Assembly (NCBI GenBank): GCA_951406725.2
Contig: OX597817.1
Coordinates: 148,862,001-148,926,000 of the forward strand
Direction: 5' to 3'
Origin: Octopus vulgaris
Taxonomy: Eukaryota
DNA: 64,000 bases
The translations under genes and the position numbers were made by a program. Shown one piece after another: positions 1 to 12,338 of this stretch (the first letter of the stretch is position 1; the number at the start of each line of letters is the position of its first letter). The notes under the pieces were generated by a model. The model searched no databases. It was not told the DNA's origin and saw only the letters and a program-made list of their open reading frames with translations.

Positions 1-266
1 TCGGATGAATGTTTCAGGGATGTTTGGCCTCGTAACTGGCACGAACTGCTTAGATTTTGGGATCGATGTGATATCAAACAGGGATTCTGGATTATTTTTC
101 CGGTTTTTTATTTCATTTTTGAGAGTAGTCGGATTCATTTTTTATTATTCAGTTTATGAGAGTAGCCGAGTTTATTTCAAATATTCTCATTTCAAAAATC
201 ATCTCTGGCTAATCGATGAGAGAACGTTGGTGTGGCCTACGCGGAGGTTTGCGCTCTCTGAGTGAT
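1..266 (+). mobile_element. Right part of a putative non-autonomous Helentron/HINE-like element (runs off window start)
   Basis: Ends in GCGGAGGTTTGCGCTCTCTGAGTG, a small terminal hairpin, and carries TTAGATTTTGGGATCGAT...GGATTCTGGATTATTTTT; both recalled as motifs of such elements. Recognition only. Confidence 0.4.
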
Positions 267-509
267 CATGATTTTTATTCATTTATTTGTTTTAGTCCTG
301 TGACTGCTAGCATGAAGGTGCATCGACTAAAAGGGTTTCAGTCGAAGAAATCGGCCCCAAAAATATATTCTTTGTAAGCCTAGTACTTGTTCTATAGGTC
401 TATCAGGCTGAACTGGTCAGTTACTGAGGCGTAAACACACCAGCATTGGTTGTCAAGCGATGGCAACGAGGGTGGGGGAACAAACACACACGCACACACA
501 CACACACAC

Positions 510-560
<51 letters not shown>

Positions 561-565
<5 letters not shown>

Positions 566-1086
566 AAATCAAATTGCGATAAAATAAAAATAATTATAAT
601 CGCTGGTATTTCTAACACAAGCCATATATTTTCCATATATCAGTACATTAAGGCGAAATATGTGCTAGGAACACAGAAGCTAGATAAATTTAGTGAAATG
701 AAGTTAAAAACGTTTACTAACTCGGTTATTCTCAGACTGCAGTTTCTTTCTTTTCAGCAATAAAGATAATTTATTTGCTCAGGGAGAATTCATCAGTGAG
801 AGCCCTGTTTTTCTGAGATCCTAACTCACTAGAAGCATGTGCTTCTAATGATTTACTCTCTCTAACTAATCAGATCACTGCGCAGACTCCGAACGTCCCG
901 ACAAAACTAGGGATTTCTGGTATATCGTCTAGCGCTCAAAATTTATCGAGAAATATGTAAACAAATCAAATTGCGATAAAATAAAAATAATTATAATCGC
1001 TGGTATTTCTAACACAAGCGATATATTTTCCATATATCAGTACATTAAGGCGAAATATGTGCTAGGAACACAGAAGCTAGATAAAT
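561..1086 (-). mobile_element. Retrozyme-like / Penelope pLTR-like non-autonomous element: 397-bp unit with 129-bp terminal direct repeat
   Basis: 561-689 repeats at 958-1086 with one mismatch; flanked by (TA)n on both sides; contains a hammerhead motif. A fragment of the same end recurs at about 21737-21784. Confidence 0.8.
730..801 (-). ncRNA. Minimal type-I hammerhead ribozyme motif
   Basis: Minus strand: TCTCA-CTGATGA-[stem II with AGCAAATAAA/TTTATTGCT hairpin]-GAAAC-TGCA-GTC-TGAGA. Stem I is 5 bp, loop III is palindromic, cleavage triplet is GUC. Confidence 0.8.
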
Positions 1087-1251
1087 ATATATATATATAT
1101 ATACGACGGGTTTCTTTCAGTTTCCGTCTATGAAAACCCTACACAAGGCTCTGGTCGGCCGGATGCTGTATAGCAGAACACACTTGCCCAACGTGCCTCG
1201 TAGTGGGACTGAACCCGGAACCATGTGAAATTATTATTATATGATAAGGAA

Positions 1252-1465
1252 GGCGGTGAGCTGGCAGAATCGTTAGCACGCAGGCTGAAATGCTTAGCGG
1301 TATTTCATCTGCCGCTATGTTCTGAGTTCAAGTTCCAGCCAAGTCGACTTTGCCTTTCATCCTTTCAGGGTCGATGAAATAAGTACAGTTATGCACTGGG
1401 ATCGACGTAATCGACTAGACCCTTTCATCAAAATTTCCAAGGCCCTGTACCTAGAGTAGAAATAA
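1252..1465 (+). mobile_element. SINE family B (tRNA-like head, Meta-domain-like core)
   Basis: GGCGGTGAGCTGGCAGAATCGTTAGCAC...GAGTTCAAG...GCCTTTCATCCTTTCAGGGTCGATGAAATAAGTAC; more than 10 copies in the window. Confidence 0.85.
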
Positions 1466-2599
1466 TTATTACATGATGAAGGATGCGAAACGGCTGTAAT
1501 CCTAAAAATATCAAGTGCTTAGATAGATATATTCACCTCTCATTGTTCCTGACTTTGTATGATATATATATATACATATATAGGGGGTGCGCGTGCGTGC
1601 GTATGTGTATGTATGTATATATTATTTATGAAAAATACAAATTGAGAAAAGAACGCAAAACATCCGGACAGGTAGGTGATACAAAAATGGGACAACAAAA
1701 CATCCAGATAGACGATACAAAGAAAACAAGGATGGGTCATTCGAAGTTTTCTTTCCTCAATCAAGTAGCAGATTATATTACATGTGGGTACGCATAGGTG
1801 TTGGAAGAAGTTCGACTTAATAAATCATTATGTCATAATTTTAGCATAGACATCAAGTAACGACATTTCCATTATTTTTGTTCGGACCTGCTTTCATTTG
1901 AAATTAGATTGAACATGTGTTCGCAATACTGTTATCATTAATTGCTGAGTTTTTTACAATGGAAACAATGTCAGCATATCTTTAATTACAAGAAATGAAT
2001 AATAAAATATCAACATAAACACTAAATAAAGGACAACTTTAGACAAATTTAAATATATTCTTGATTTTCATATGCCTTTCGGGACACCCATCTCAACCCT
2101 GTTTTATATGTTTTTTGCTAAATCTATTTTGTTTACTCCAGGGTCATTTCCATACGATTAGCACACAATATATCTTTAAATCTTATCATTAACCGATTGT
2201 TATAAATGATCAGGTCTCTATGCAACGTTTTTGCATTCAATCTTATCGTATTTCTATTTTAGATATTTTTAGATACTTTTTGTAGTTTGATTCGAAGAAT
2301 ATTTTGTGAACTGGGACATATTCCTACTTTGTTGAATAAACATGGTTTTTATCGCATTCTGAAGGATCCTGTTATCTCTAATCTATCAGTCAGCATATGT
2401 CTACACGCACATCTTGACATCATCTGTGCTTGTTCAATAACGTGCGGTAGCTCCCCCTAGCGAGCTATTTCAAATGCTAATTGATCAACACTTGACTTCC
2501 ATATTGTTTAGATAAACTGTGAGCGTGTAATCAGAAGTGAATGTTGAATAGAAAAAAACCGTAATGCAATAAGGAAATTGAGAGAAAACATGACAAAAG

Positions 2600-2681
2600 A
2601 GTATATGTGTGTGTATATAAACTATATATATATATTTATATACACACATATATATATATTTATATATGTATATATACATAC

Positions 2682-2775
<94 letters not shown>

Positions 2776-2850
2776 CACACATATATATAATAGAGAAAGT
2801 ATATATATATATATATACACTCACACATGCATACACGCACACGCGTGTGC
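2600..2850. repeat. Compound (TA)n/(CA)n microsatellite; representative of dozens in the window
   Basis: Directly visible; source of the spurious YIYI ORFs. Confidence 0.95.
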
Positions 2851-3647
2851 GTTTTGACAAAGAGAAATGGGTAAAAAGATACCTGGAGAGATTGATAATG
2901 AAATAAAGAGAGAAGATAATACCAGATAATAAAGAAATACACAGAATAAATGTACTTTCTTTTAAAATACTATATAAAAAAATATAAACGTCGTGTTTTA
3001 TATGGAGGAAATATAAATGTATCTGAATAAGTATGAATATATATAAAAGTTATATCTATTGGAAGCTATTAAATAGGGAAAATTTGAACAAAATATAATT
3101 TCCTGAGAAAGGAATAAATGGACGAGTAGATATTGAATAGCGCAATTGAAATATTATAAAAGATGGTTTCAAATATTAATGTAAATATAAGATTTACTTA
3201 TTTCATTTCAAATCGTTCTACATAAGTGTTTACAGAGTTGAGAAATGACTGAAATAAAAACTTAACGATTCAATGAAATAATTAAGTAATTCAAGTTGAT
3301 GTATGTTTTTCATTTTTTAGTTTTCTATGACAGAAGGCTTGTAAAAACTATTTTAATAGCATATAATGACAATATGGCTGACGTGATGTAATAAACACTT
3401 GTATAGAAATATTTTTCTTTGGGTAATAATTTTTTTTGTTATATTGAGTTCTGTATTTGAATACATTTAAGTTGCACATATTTTTCCCAACAAAATAGAC
3501 CCAAAAGCCATCCAAGGTCCTATATGCGAAGTTGGGCCTTTAATGAAGTAAACCCTTTTTCTCTTCTCAATATGCGCTGCTGTAGTCAGAGAGCATTTAA
3601 TATGGCTGTGCGTCCTTTATGCCATCAAACAATGTAATACGGAGAAA

Positions 3648-4005
3648 TCTATATATATAAAGCTGAAGTTGTCTGTGTATGGCTGGTTTGGTAGCCTTTA
3701 ACTAACACTCTTCTCCGAGACCAAAAAGTTGACCAAAATTGAGAGTATGTTACAAGGCTTGCTCTTCCTTCCGTAGAAGAAAAAATTCAAATTATTTACA
3801 TCAAAAAGGTGCTTTTTTTCCATGAAAATCCCTACGTTTTACGATTTTTTGACTGCTGTGTCTCCATTTTTCGGTGTAATTTCAACCAGAAAAATGTTCA
3901 CTGAAAGAGATTAAACAAACTACATAATGCAAAATTTTTACTTTTCAAAAATTCCAATTCTAAAGGGTCGAAACAAACCTGAGCAACGCCGGGCGATACT
4001 GCTAG
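3648..4005 (+). mobile_element. Non-autonomous Helitron
   Basis: Starts A|TC (TCTATATATATAAAG) and ends with the GC-rich hairpin region CCTGAGCAACGCCGGG followed by CTAG|T; inserted between A and T with no TSD. Confidence 0.8.
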
Positions 4006-4021
4006 TAATTTTAAATATTGC

Positions 4022-4230
4022 TTTCAAATTTTGTCACAAGACCAGCAATTTGGGAGGACGAAGTAAGTCGATTAAATTGATCCCAGAGTATAACTGTTAC
4101 TAATTTCATCGACCACAAAAGGACGAAAGGCAATTCAACCTCGGCAGAATTTGAGTTCAGAACTCAAAATGGACGAAATACCGTTAAAGCATTTTCCCCG
4201 GCGCACTTACAATTCTACGAGGTCACCAAC
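4022..4230 (-). mobile_element. SINE family B, diverged
   Basis: Reverse complement of the family B core (CATCGACC..AAAGGACGAAAGGCAA..CCTCGGCAGAATTTGAG). Confidence 0.75.
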
Positions 4231-4483
4231 TTAATAATTTTAAATATTATTAATAATTTGATCGTTAATTAGGTAAAGGCACTGATCTCAGTTTATGAAT
4301 CATGAGTTGTATCCTGATGTTAAAACAAATCACTGTCGTCATCAATTATGTAATCCAATGGCTATGTATCATTTAATAAACGCCACTCTCGGCCTTTTTT
4401 GATTTCAGATTTTGATAAAGAATTATTTCTGATTTGAATAATAAAAATGCAGTTGATCGCAATAAACAGCATGAGCACGGTAA

Positions 4484-4900
4484 GGCAGCGAACTAGCAGA
4501 AACGTTAGCACGCCAGGCGAAACGCCTCACGGTATTTCGTCTGCCGCTACGTTCTGAGTTCAAATTCCGCCAAGGTCGACTTTGCCTTTCAGCCTTTCGG
4601 GGTCGATCAAATAAGTACCAGTTACGCACTTGGGTCGATATAATCAACTTAATCCCTTTGTCTGTCCTTGTTTGTCCTCTCTGTGTTTTGCCCCTTGTGA
4701 GTAGTAAAGAAATTGGTATTTCGTCTGTCGTTATGTTCTGAGTTCAAATTCCGCCGTGGTCGACTTTGCCTTTCATCCTTTCGAGGTCGATAAATTAAGG
4801 ACCAGTTCCGCACTGGAGTCGATATACTCGACTTGATCCGTCTGTCTGTCCTTGTTTGTACTCTCTGTGTTTACCCCCTTGTGGGTAGTAAAGAAATAGG
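4484..4900 (+). mobile_element. SINE family B with internal tandem duplication (about 1.7 units)
   Basis: Body GGTATTTCGTCTG...GTAGTAAAGAAA occurs twice (about 4531-4712 and 4715-4897). Confidence 0.85.
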
Positions 4901-5499
4901 TATGTTATTGTGAAGACTGGCATGTAAATGTTTGTGAAACGTGTAGTCCTGGCACACTTCCTACGACGATCAAGAATAGCATAGTATGCTTCATTATGAG
5001 TTCTCTGTCCTCAGATTTGCCGTATTTCTCATCTTAGAAAGGTTTACTTGTCAAACCAGTCGTAGGTGTAATGATGTACACTTCTATTGAACCATAGGAT
5101 AAATACATAAAGTTACTTAAGTTGTGAATGAATTCTGGAAAAGTTTATATATTTTCTGGCATTGTGGAGACAGGATATCGACCGCACAATTTAACTTGAC
5201 AGAGGAATTAATTGAATGCATTTTCACCCAACAAACCATGATTAAGATGCTATATATCAACATCATTACTGAAACAGAGATAACAAATAACAATTCTACA
5301 CAAGTTGTTGCCTACAGAACGTAGCTCTTTCAACGGATTACGTCGCCAGCTGAACAGAACACACTGCACGCACTAAAGGTTCAGCAGGAGAATATGGTCA
5401 TTTATAGATAATGGGCAAATTTCCTTTCTATATCCTTGTTACCATGAAAAATCAATATTTTTGTCGCTTCTGGAAGCATTAATGAGACTCTTCTGCAAT

Positions 5500-5600
5500 A
5501 GAAATAAGTCCTGATGTCCATTTGTTCGACTAAAACACTTCAAGGCAGTGCTCCAGCATGGCCGCAGTCAAGTGACTGAAACAAGTAGAAGAATAAAATA
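5500..5600 (+). mobile_element. SINE family A 3' tail fragment
   Basis: GGCAGTGCTCCAGCATGGCCGCAGTCAAGTGACTGAAACAAGTA. Confidence 0.75.
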
Positions 5601-5898
5601 ATATATAATGTGTGCGGCTGTAGGTCTGTGATTTTCTACTTAGAGTTAATCCGTCGGATCTGGTTTACGAGTAACTTCCTCCGTACGAAAACCATTCTCA
5701 AAGGCGTTTTTCTCCTCTACGTTCTGCTTTGTCTGTCCGACTAAGCGATTAAAATATCATTAACTGTGCACACACCTACCACTCAAATGTGACAATACTC
5801 TTTTAATTTTTAATGAAACCACACTTAAATGCGCGTGTAGACGATCGTACATAACTTCTAAGTGGACAATTACAGACTTATATACGTACATTATATAA

Positions 5899-5902
<4 letters not shown>

Positions 5903-5956
<54 letters not shown>

Positions 5957-5972
5957 CACACACACACACATA
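5903..5972. repeat. (CA)n microsatellite
   Basis: Directly visible. Confidence 0.95.
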
Positions 5973-6160
5973 CAAGTGAGAGGACAAACAAAAGAAAAGA
6001 GCAGTCAACACATATAGTAGCAGTTACATGTATTATTTAAAACAGTCTCTCAATTCGGTAATCTGTGCTTGAAAGAGATGGGCTTCTGTTAGAGGCCCGC
6101 GAACCACTAAGTCGCAAGGAGGCGAATCAAGCTGTTTTAAATTTATATATATATACATAT

Positions 6161-6510
6161 ATAGTTGGAATTTACAAAAAATAAAACAAAAGACGAAGAC
6201 GGGTGTGTAAACAACAAACATGAGAGAAAATATTTTACATTTCGAACCTACGCTCTTCAACAGGAAGGAACACAGAAATAAATAAAGAGAGAAAATAAAA
6301 AATAGGTTTAGTGGCTAGCAATCCGGATTGAGAGAAAACAGAGTAAGAAGAAACGAAAATAAGAAAAAGGAGAAAATACAAAAAAATATTCAGAAAAGAT
6401 CAAAAGTTTCACACGTCGTGGTGTATTGGAGCGATTTCTCATCAACGGAAGAGGCCAGTGTAATCCAGGTGAAAACCAGGTGGAAGGCCGAAGTGAAGGA
6501 GAGTAAGTAA
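6161..6510 (-). mobile_element. (TA)n-flanked short repeat with degenerate hammerhead-like motif; homologous to 13680-13875
   Basis: Minus strand CTGTTGA-A-GAGC-GTAG-GTTC-GAAA-TGTA at about 6232-6268; 6161-6325 aligns by eye to 13680-13875. Confidence 0.55.
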
Positions 6511-6523
6511 TCCACACACACAT

Positions 6524-6634
<111 letters not shown>

Positions 6635-6635
6635 C

Positions 6636-6704
<69 letters not shown>

Positions 6705-7983
6705 GTATTGTTCTCTAGAAGACCCAAAACCCTTTCGAACGTCCAACACAGATTCCACGACTCCATACAGGCTAAACATTAACTGCTAGTGGAACATACA
6801 TACCATGAACAGGAACCTTTTTTTACCACTTCTATACACCATTTTCCTCGAATAATGGAACTGCAACAACAATATGCTTATATATCTTATTTCATTCTAT
6901 AATTTCCTTCTATATTCCCTCTCTCCTCCTTTTCCATGATAATTCGAGCTCAAGCATTTCCTCAATTTAACCTTCTCACATCGTGTCTGTGATGAAGGGA
7001 CATCCATAATATCCACGGCGTTAGGTGTAACATAATATCAGATTCGAAAATAATTTTGTAATATATTCCCCAAATTTGCGATTTCTGAATTTCCTTTCAA
7101 GTAAGAACCCAAAATGATGCACACATGAATACTTACACGCACACACACAGACGTACACATATACACATACACACATATGCATATATAAGCATGCAAACAC
7201 AAATATGGAAATGGGGAAAAAAAGAAAATTTCATATGAGTAGCGCAACAAGCAATCCACGGTCTTTTGTGTTACGTATCTTTTCAGTAGTCAACAATAAT
7301 TAAAGAGTATTAGAAAAGAAAAATGTTAACAAAGGTCCAGGCTGAATAGTATCAAACATATAAAGGCCATGAGGAAAAAACCCCGCTGCAGTAAAAGTAC
7401 GAAACAACTACCTACCTACCAACACAAACACATACATATACATATATAGCATACACATATGTACATATGCACTAATGGATATGTATATATATATATATCA
7501 CGTGATAACGTGACCGACCAGACCATCATATGGTATTACACATCACTGGTCACAATGCGTTCGCATTGTTTTAGCCTTCGAATGACGCCACTCCGCTGGC
7601 TAAGCGAGCATGTCAATATATATATATATATATATAATTTCAACAATTGAGGGTAAAATTAATTAATTAATCAATTTCACCAAGTATTCAGTATGCAAAG
7701 GGACCATTTAAGGCGAATTCAAATTATTACATTATATAAAAGGGCTTAGTAAAATAAATTACTTTGCCGCATACTGAACTCATTAGAAATAGCAGCTAAA
7801 AAAACTTTTTAAAACTATTTCCAATACTTAAAGAAAATCTCTCTCATATAGTGTTTGCTCAATTCAACTCACGAAAGTATGAGGGTAGAAACATTAAAAA
7901 ATCAAATGCAAAGGTTATTTGAGAACGTACGTTTCAAGATTAGTCAAACTCGACAGTGTTTTCAAATCCAAACCAGGGAGTTC

Positions 7984-8036
7984 TGAGCTGATGATAGAAG
8001 TGTCGAGTTTGACTAATCTTGAAACGTACGTTCTCA
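7984..8036 (+). ncRNA. Minimal type-I hammerhead ribozyme motif, copy 1
   Basis: TGAG-CTGATGA-[TAGAAGTGTCGAGTTTGACTAATCTT]-GAAAC-GTAC-GTT-CTCA. Loop III is palindromic; the stem II closing pair is non-canonical (T/T). Confidence 0.7.
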
Positions 8037-8542
8037 AATAACCTTTGCATTTGATTTTTTAATGTTTCTACCCTCATACTTTCGTGAGTTGAATTGAGCA
8101 AACACTATATGAGAGAGATTTTCTTTAAGTATTGGAAATAGTTTTAAAAAAGTTTTTTTAGCTGCTATTTCTAATGAGTTCAGTATGCGGCAAAGTAATT
8201 TATTTTACTAAGCCCTTTTATATAATGTAATAATTTGAATTCGCCTTAAATGGTCCCTTTGCATACTGAATACTTGGTGAAATTGATTAATTAATTAATT
8301 TTACCCTCAATTGTTGAAATTATAATTCATCTCTCTCTATTTAATGCCTCGGATTTTACCGAAAAAAAGCATGTTGTTTGCTGATTTTAACCCACGCTGG
8401 TGGAAGGGGAAGAGCAGAAATTCTTCGCTTGCATATTTGAATTTGCTGACACTGTTAGTTTCGAGTAGATCTTCAGAGGCGATGGGAAGCCGAAAAGGTA
8501 TGCTCCTACTTTCAGTGTTTTCAAATCCAAACCAGGGAGTTC

Positions 8543-8595
8543 TGAGCTGATGATAGAAGTGTCGAGTTTGACTAATCTTGAAACGTACGTTCTCA
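8543..8595 (+). ncRNA. Minimal type-I hammerhead ribozyme motif, copy 2
   Basis: Identical to 7984-8036, 559 bp downstream. Confidence 0.7.
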
Positions 8596-8782
8596 AATAA
8601 CCTTTGCATTTGATTTTTTAATGTTTCTACCCTCATACTTTCGTGAGTTGAATTGAGCAAACACTATATGAGAGAGATTTTCTTTAAGTATTGGAAATAG
8701 TTTTAAAAAGTTTTTTTAGCTGCTATTTCTAATGAGTTCAGTATGCGGCAAAGTAATTTATTTTACTAAGCCCTTTTATATA

Positions 8783-8841
<59 letters not shown>

Positions 8842-10059
8842 CACACACATATACATATATATATATATAATGCAGTGTACATTTAAACACATAAGGAATC
8901 CGCTCGTGGGACTTAACACGCTAGAAAGAACAGCTAGGTTCTATAACCACAAAATTAGGGATAAAATTCAACAGGAACGAAATGAAAAAATAATAACAGT
9001 TTACCATCTAGTTTCCTGGACCAATTGGTTTCTGATTTTAGTTTAGCAAATAAATAATATTTATATATATATATTAATGTATCTAAACACGTGTGTATAT
9101 ATATACATAAATATAAATGTATATACATGAATATGTATAATTACAAATATATACGTATGTATATATATATTTGTTAGGTTTGTGTATATATGTTTTACTA
9201 TGTAAGTTTGTGTGTGTGTACATTATAATGAATAGGTATGCGCATTTGCCTATGTGTAAGAAAAATGATAAGCTACAGCGTGTAATAAAATCTAGTATCG
9301 AGGTCGTCTGTTGTTATATCGATATTTTCTAATTGATTTTTATTTTATTTAATACTGTTGTTGTGCTGTTGGCGCTGTTATTATTGTTGTTGCTGCTGCT
9401 GTTGTTATTTCTTTGAAATAATAGTAACCGTCCATTAACTGAATCTAAAAAAATTTGTATAGAGGGTGCTTCTTTCATAGGCATAAAATGTGGATCCTCT
9501 ATTATTCAGCCTTAGAATCCAATCCAGGAAAGGTGAAATGTTTACAGCGTTAGCCAACTAAATATGGTGAATAAAATATGAAACAACGTTGTACAAAATC
9601 AACTTAAGGAAAACATTCAAAAAATTTCACCTCACTCGGGCGATTTCTTGATTTCCTACAGCGAAATATTCTGATTCTGCCCCGATGAGCAGAAATTTGC
9701 TTTGCTAGTAAGGTCAAGCATATTTAAGGACTAAGAAAGGACATCATGTATATGTACGCAGAACTGACACACTTCTACCATGGAGGAAAATGTTAATACT
9801 AATAATCACTCATGGGTATAATTGTTGTATGCTTTGTTCTTGCACTTTTAACACCGTCCAAGCCCAACTCGATCTACATAAGGAGGCTATTCTGTGCCAG
9901 CATGTCAATATTCTTAAGTGCAATAATAGACACGAAACCAGCGGTAACATTCTGATGTGTTCAACTCTATAACTAGAATATATCTCACGACGATATGCAT
10001 AAATATCATCACGTTTTTACTCATATTGAATGTGCATGTTTTCTTTCCTTGCGGATAAC

Positions 10060-10150
<91 letters not shown>

Positions 10151-10244
10151 CAGACAGAGTTGAAAACAGTTTCATCACTGAAGGATTAATGTTCATCCTC
10201 GAAAACAACTTTTAGACTTCAACGGCAATATTTACAAATATCTG

Positions 10245-10645
10245 GGAAAGCGATGTTGACAAACGTTGCTCTGACTTACATGAAGGTCCAGATATATGAA
10301 CAAACAAAATTAAAATATCGCTTGAACTTCTACAAATATCTAGTAGAAAACTTGGAACGTTACCTAGATGTCTACCTAATCTTTCGGATGAACACATTTG
10401 AACAACCTATACATTTCAAAAACCTAATCAACAGCATAAACCATAAAATAGACTTCACCATGGAATACAGGTAAACTCAACTGCCATTCTTGGATATACT
10501 ATTCATCAAAAGACATAAAAACATTGAAACAGACATTCACTACGATCAAACAGGTTCTACACAATACTTACTGTTTTCATCATGCCATCCCAAACACATC
10601 TAGCAAGAAGAATCTGCACAATCGTCTGAAACCCTGAAACTCGCA
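10245..10645 (+). pseudogene. Decayed Penelope-like element reverse transcriptase fragment
   Basis: Reads ...LERYLDVYLIF...FKNLINSINHKIDFTMEYR*TQLPFLDILFIK...IETDIHYDQTGSTQYLLFSSCHPKH, matching the PLE RYLDD, FTME, LPFLD and YL..S.HP motifs; contains a stop. Confidence 0.85.
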
Positions 10646-11137
10646 ATAAAAGTCAATGTTTATTTGGTTTGGTTCACTTGGTGAAGTAATTTTTCTAATA
10701 AAACATGCCCATGTTTTTTTTTATAAATAAACTCTTTACTCGTTTAGTTTCGGTGAAAAGATTTTTTTAATAAAATGTATTTCTATTTTCTACCGGTATT
10801 TTAGATAACCACTTGGGCATTGACAGAATGAAAAGATTTTCAATGCGTTGTTTTCGAATATTTCTAGATGTTTCCTCAGTGGGAACTTACATAATTCAAT
10901 ATGTTAAATATGTTGTCTTTGAATTCTTGTCACAATTCAAGACGAATCCCCGAAGGAAATGAAAGCGCTCAATAAATGGTATTTATCCAAATTCAGAAAA
11001 CTTTCATTTATTAATATATAAAAATTTACACCATCACAATTTATACAACGCGTTCGCACGCACACACATGCACACACGTTCAGACATACACTCACTCACA
11101 CACACTCACAAACACACACTCATACATAAGTTTTTGT

Positions 11138-11380
11138 ATTTGTTTTATTCACTGGACTTCAGCCATGCTGGGGCACCATCTTCAGCTTACATGTCTATTC
11201 CACTACCTACTTATTTAAAGATTAGTATCCATAGTATGGGTCTCCTATGCAGAACCGCTTTCAATTTTCTCTCCAAATCCGTTCAATAGGCTTTAATTGG
11301 CCCGGGTATATAGTACAAGGTACGTGCCAAATTTGCCACGCCGTAAGACTGAATCTGGATCCATGTGGTTGGGAAGCAAA
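11138..11380 (-). mobile_element. SINE family A, highly diverged and internally deleted
   Basis: CAGCCATGCTGGGGCACC and GAATCTGGATCCATGTGGTTGGGAAGCAA. Confidence 0.55.
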
Positions 11381-11422
11381 TTTCATATATATGTGCGTGC
11401 ATACACTTTATAAATAAATAAT

Positions 11423-11479
<57 letters not shown>

Positions 11480-12152
11480 TATACATATAAACATATATAC
11501 TTCATTGAAAAGCGGCATGATTATCAAGAAGACTGTTACTCTCCAATTTTCCCGCTCCAATTCGTCAGACAATTTTGTTTATATGTACAGATATATATAT
11601 AAGGAAAATAAAACAAGATAAATATATATATATATATATATATAATTATATCAAGGGAGATCGAACGAATACGACCATTCTCCAGCATGCTTGAAGTGCC
11701 GATACCTTCAAAAACTACCTAAACCTCCAACTAAAATATACACGGAGCTGAAAGCGAGCTAGTGGGAGAAAATTTTAAAAACCTCACGTTAATAGTGAAT
11801 TGGTTTCAATTTCTGGATTAAAGTAAAAAATAGCTTTATTGTTTCGTCAACAAAATACAATACTCCAATCAGTAAGCGATGAATATCCCTTAAAGTACAC
11901 TATACTAAAAGGACACATCGTCTCCAGCTGGCTAAACGACGGTAGCTTTCATCCCAAACGAGACTGCTAAATTAGATTGGCAAATAAACTTTACTTTAAA
12001 TTACTGTTCGTTGATATAATTATATACATATGTACATTATTATTAATTTAAAATATTAGTTGCGTATAAATTTTAATAGCATGCTGACTACTTGATACAA
12101 ATCATTAACGTGATTTTTATCCTTATATTCGGTTATATTGTGTGTGTGCATA

Positions 12153-12187
<35 letters not shown>

Positions 12188-12286
12188 GTGTGTATGTGTG
12201 TAAGCGTGTGTATATAAGAATGTTTTGCGTAATGAGATAGAAAAAAACCAAGGGTGTGTAGATATTAGAGCATTTATAGAAAGAAT

Positions 12287-12338
12287 GTCTTACAGCTGTT
12301 TCCAGGATATTTATTAATAATATCCCTTCATCTTAGAC
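12287..12338 (-). ncRNA. Hammerhead ribozyme motif with mutated core (probably inactive)
   Basis: Minus strand GTCT-aaGATGA-AGGGATATT-attaata-AATATCCT-G-GAAAC-AGCT-GTA-AGAC; lies in a (TA)n-flanked insert (about 12215-12410). A truncated homolog is at about 6985-7015 (+). Confidence 0.6.

Larger units (their letters stand above)
281..1226 (-). mobile_element. SINE family A (tRNA-headed, internal microsatellite), 5'-truncated, interrupted by a hammerhead element
   Basis: Reverse complement of the tail (GACTG..AAACAA) at 281-490 and of the body (GACGGG..CTTTCAGTTTCCGTCTA...GAACCCGGAACCATGTG) at 1103-1226; homologous to 14568-15422. Confidence 0.85.
7633..8787 (+). mobile_element. Penelope-pLTR/retrozyme-like element: inverted arm plus about 1.5 tandem 559-bp units
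   Basis: 7633-7955 is the reverse complement of 8001-8324 (one homopolymer indel); 7954-8229 repeats directly at 8513-8787; flanked by (TA)n. Confidence 0.85.

Noticed and set aside
2485-2906. YIYI / HTHT / VCVC ORFs here and throughout the window (e.g. 6308-6779, 17082-17819, 25253-25991, 29170-31241, 56140-57674)
   Set aside because: Stop-free translations of (TA)n and (CA)n microsatellites, not genes.
8337-8660. 107-aa ORF in the hammerhead element
   Set aside because: No recognisable motif; antisense to the ribozyme strand of a non-coding repeat.
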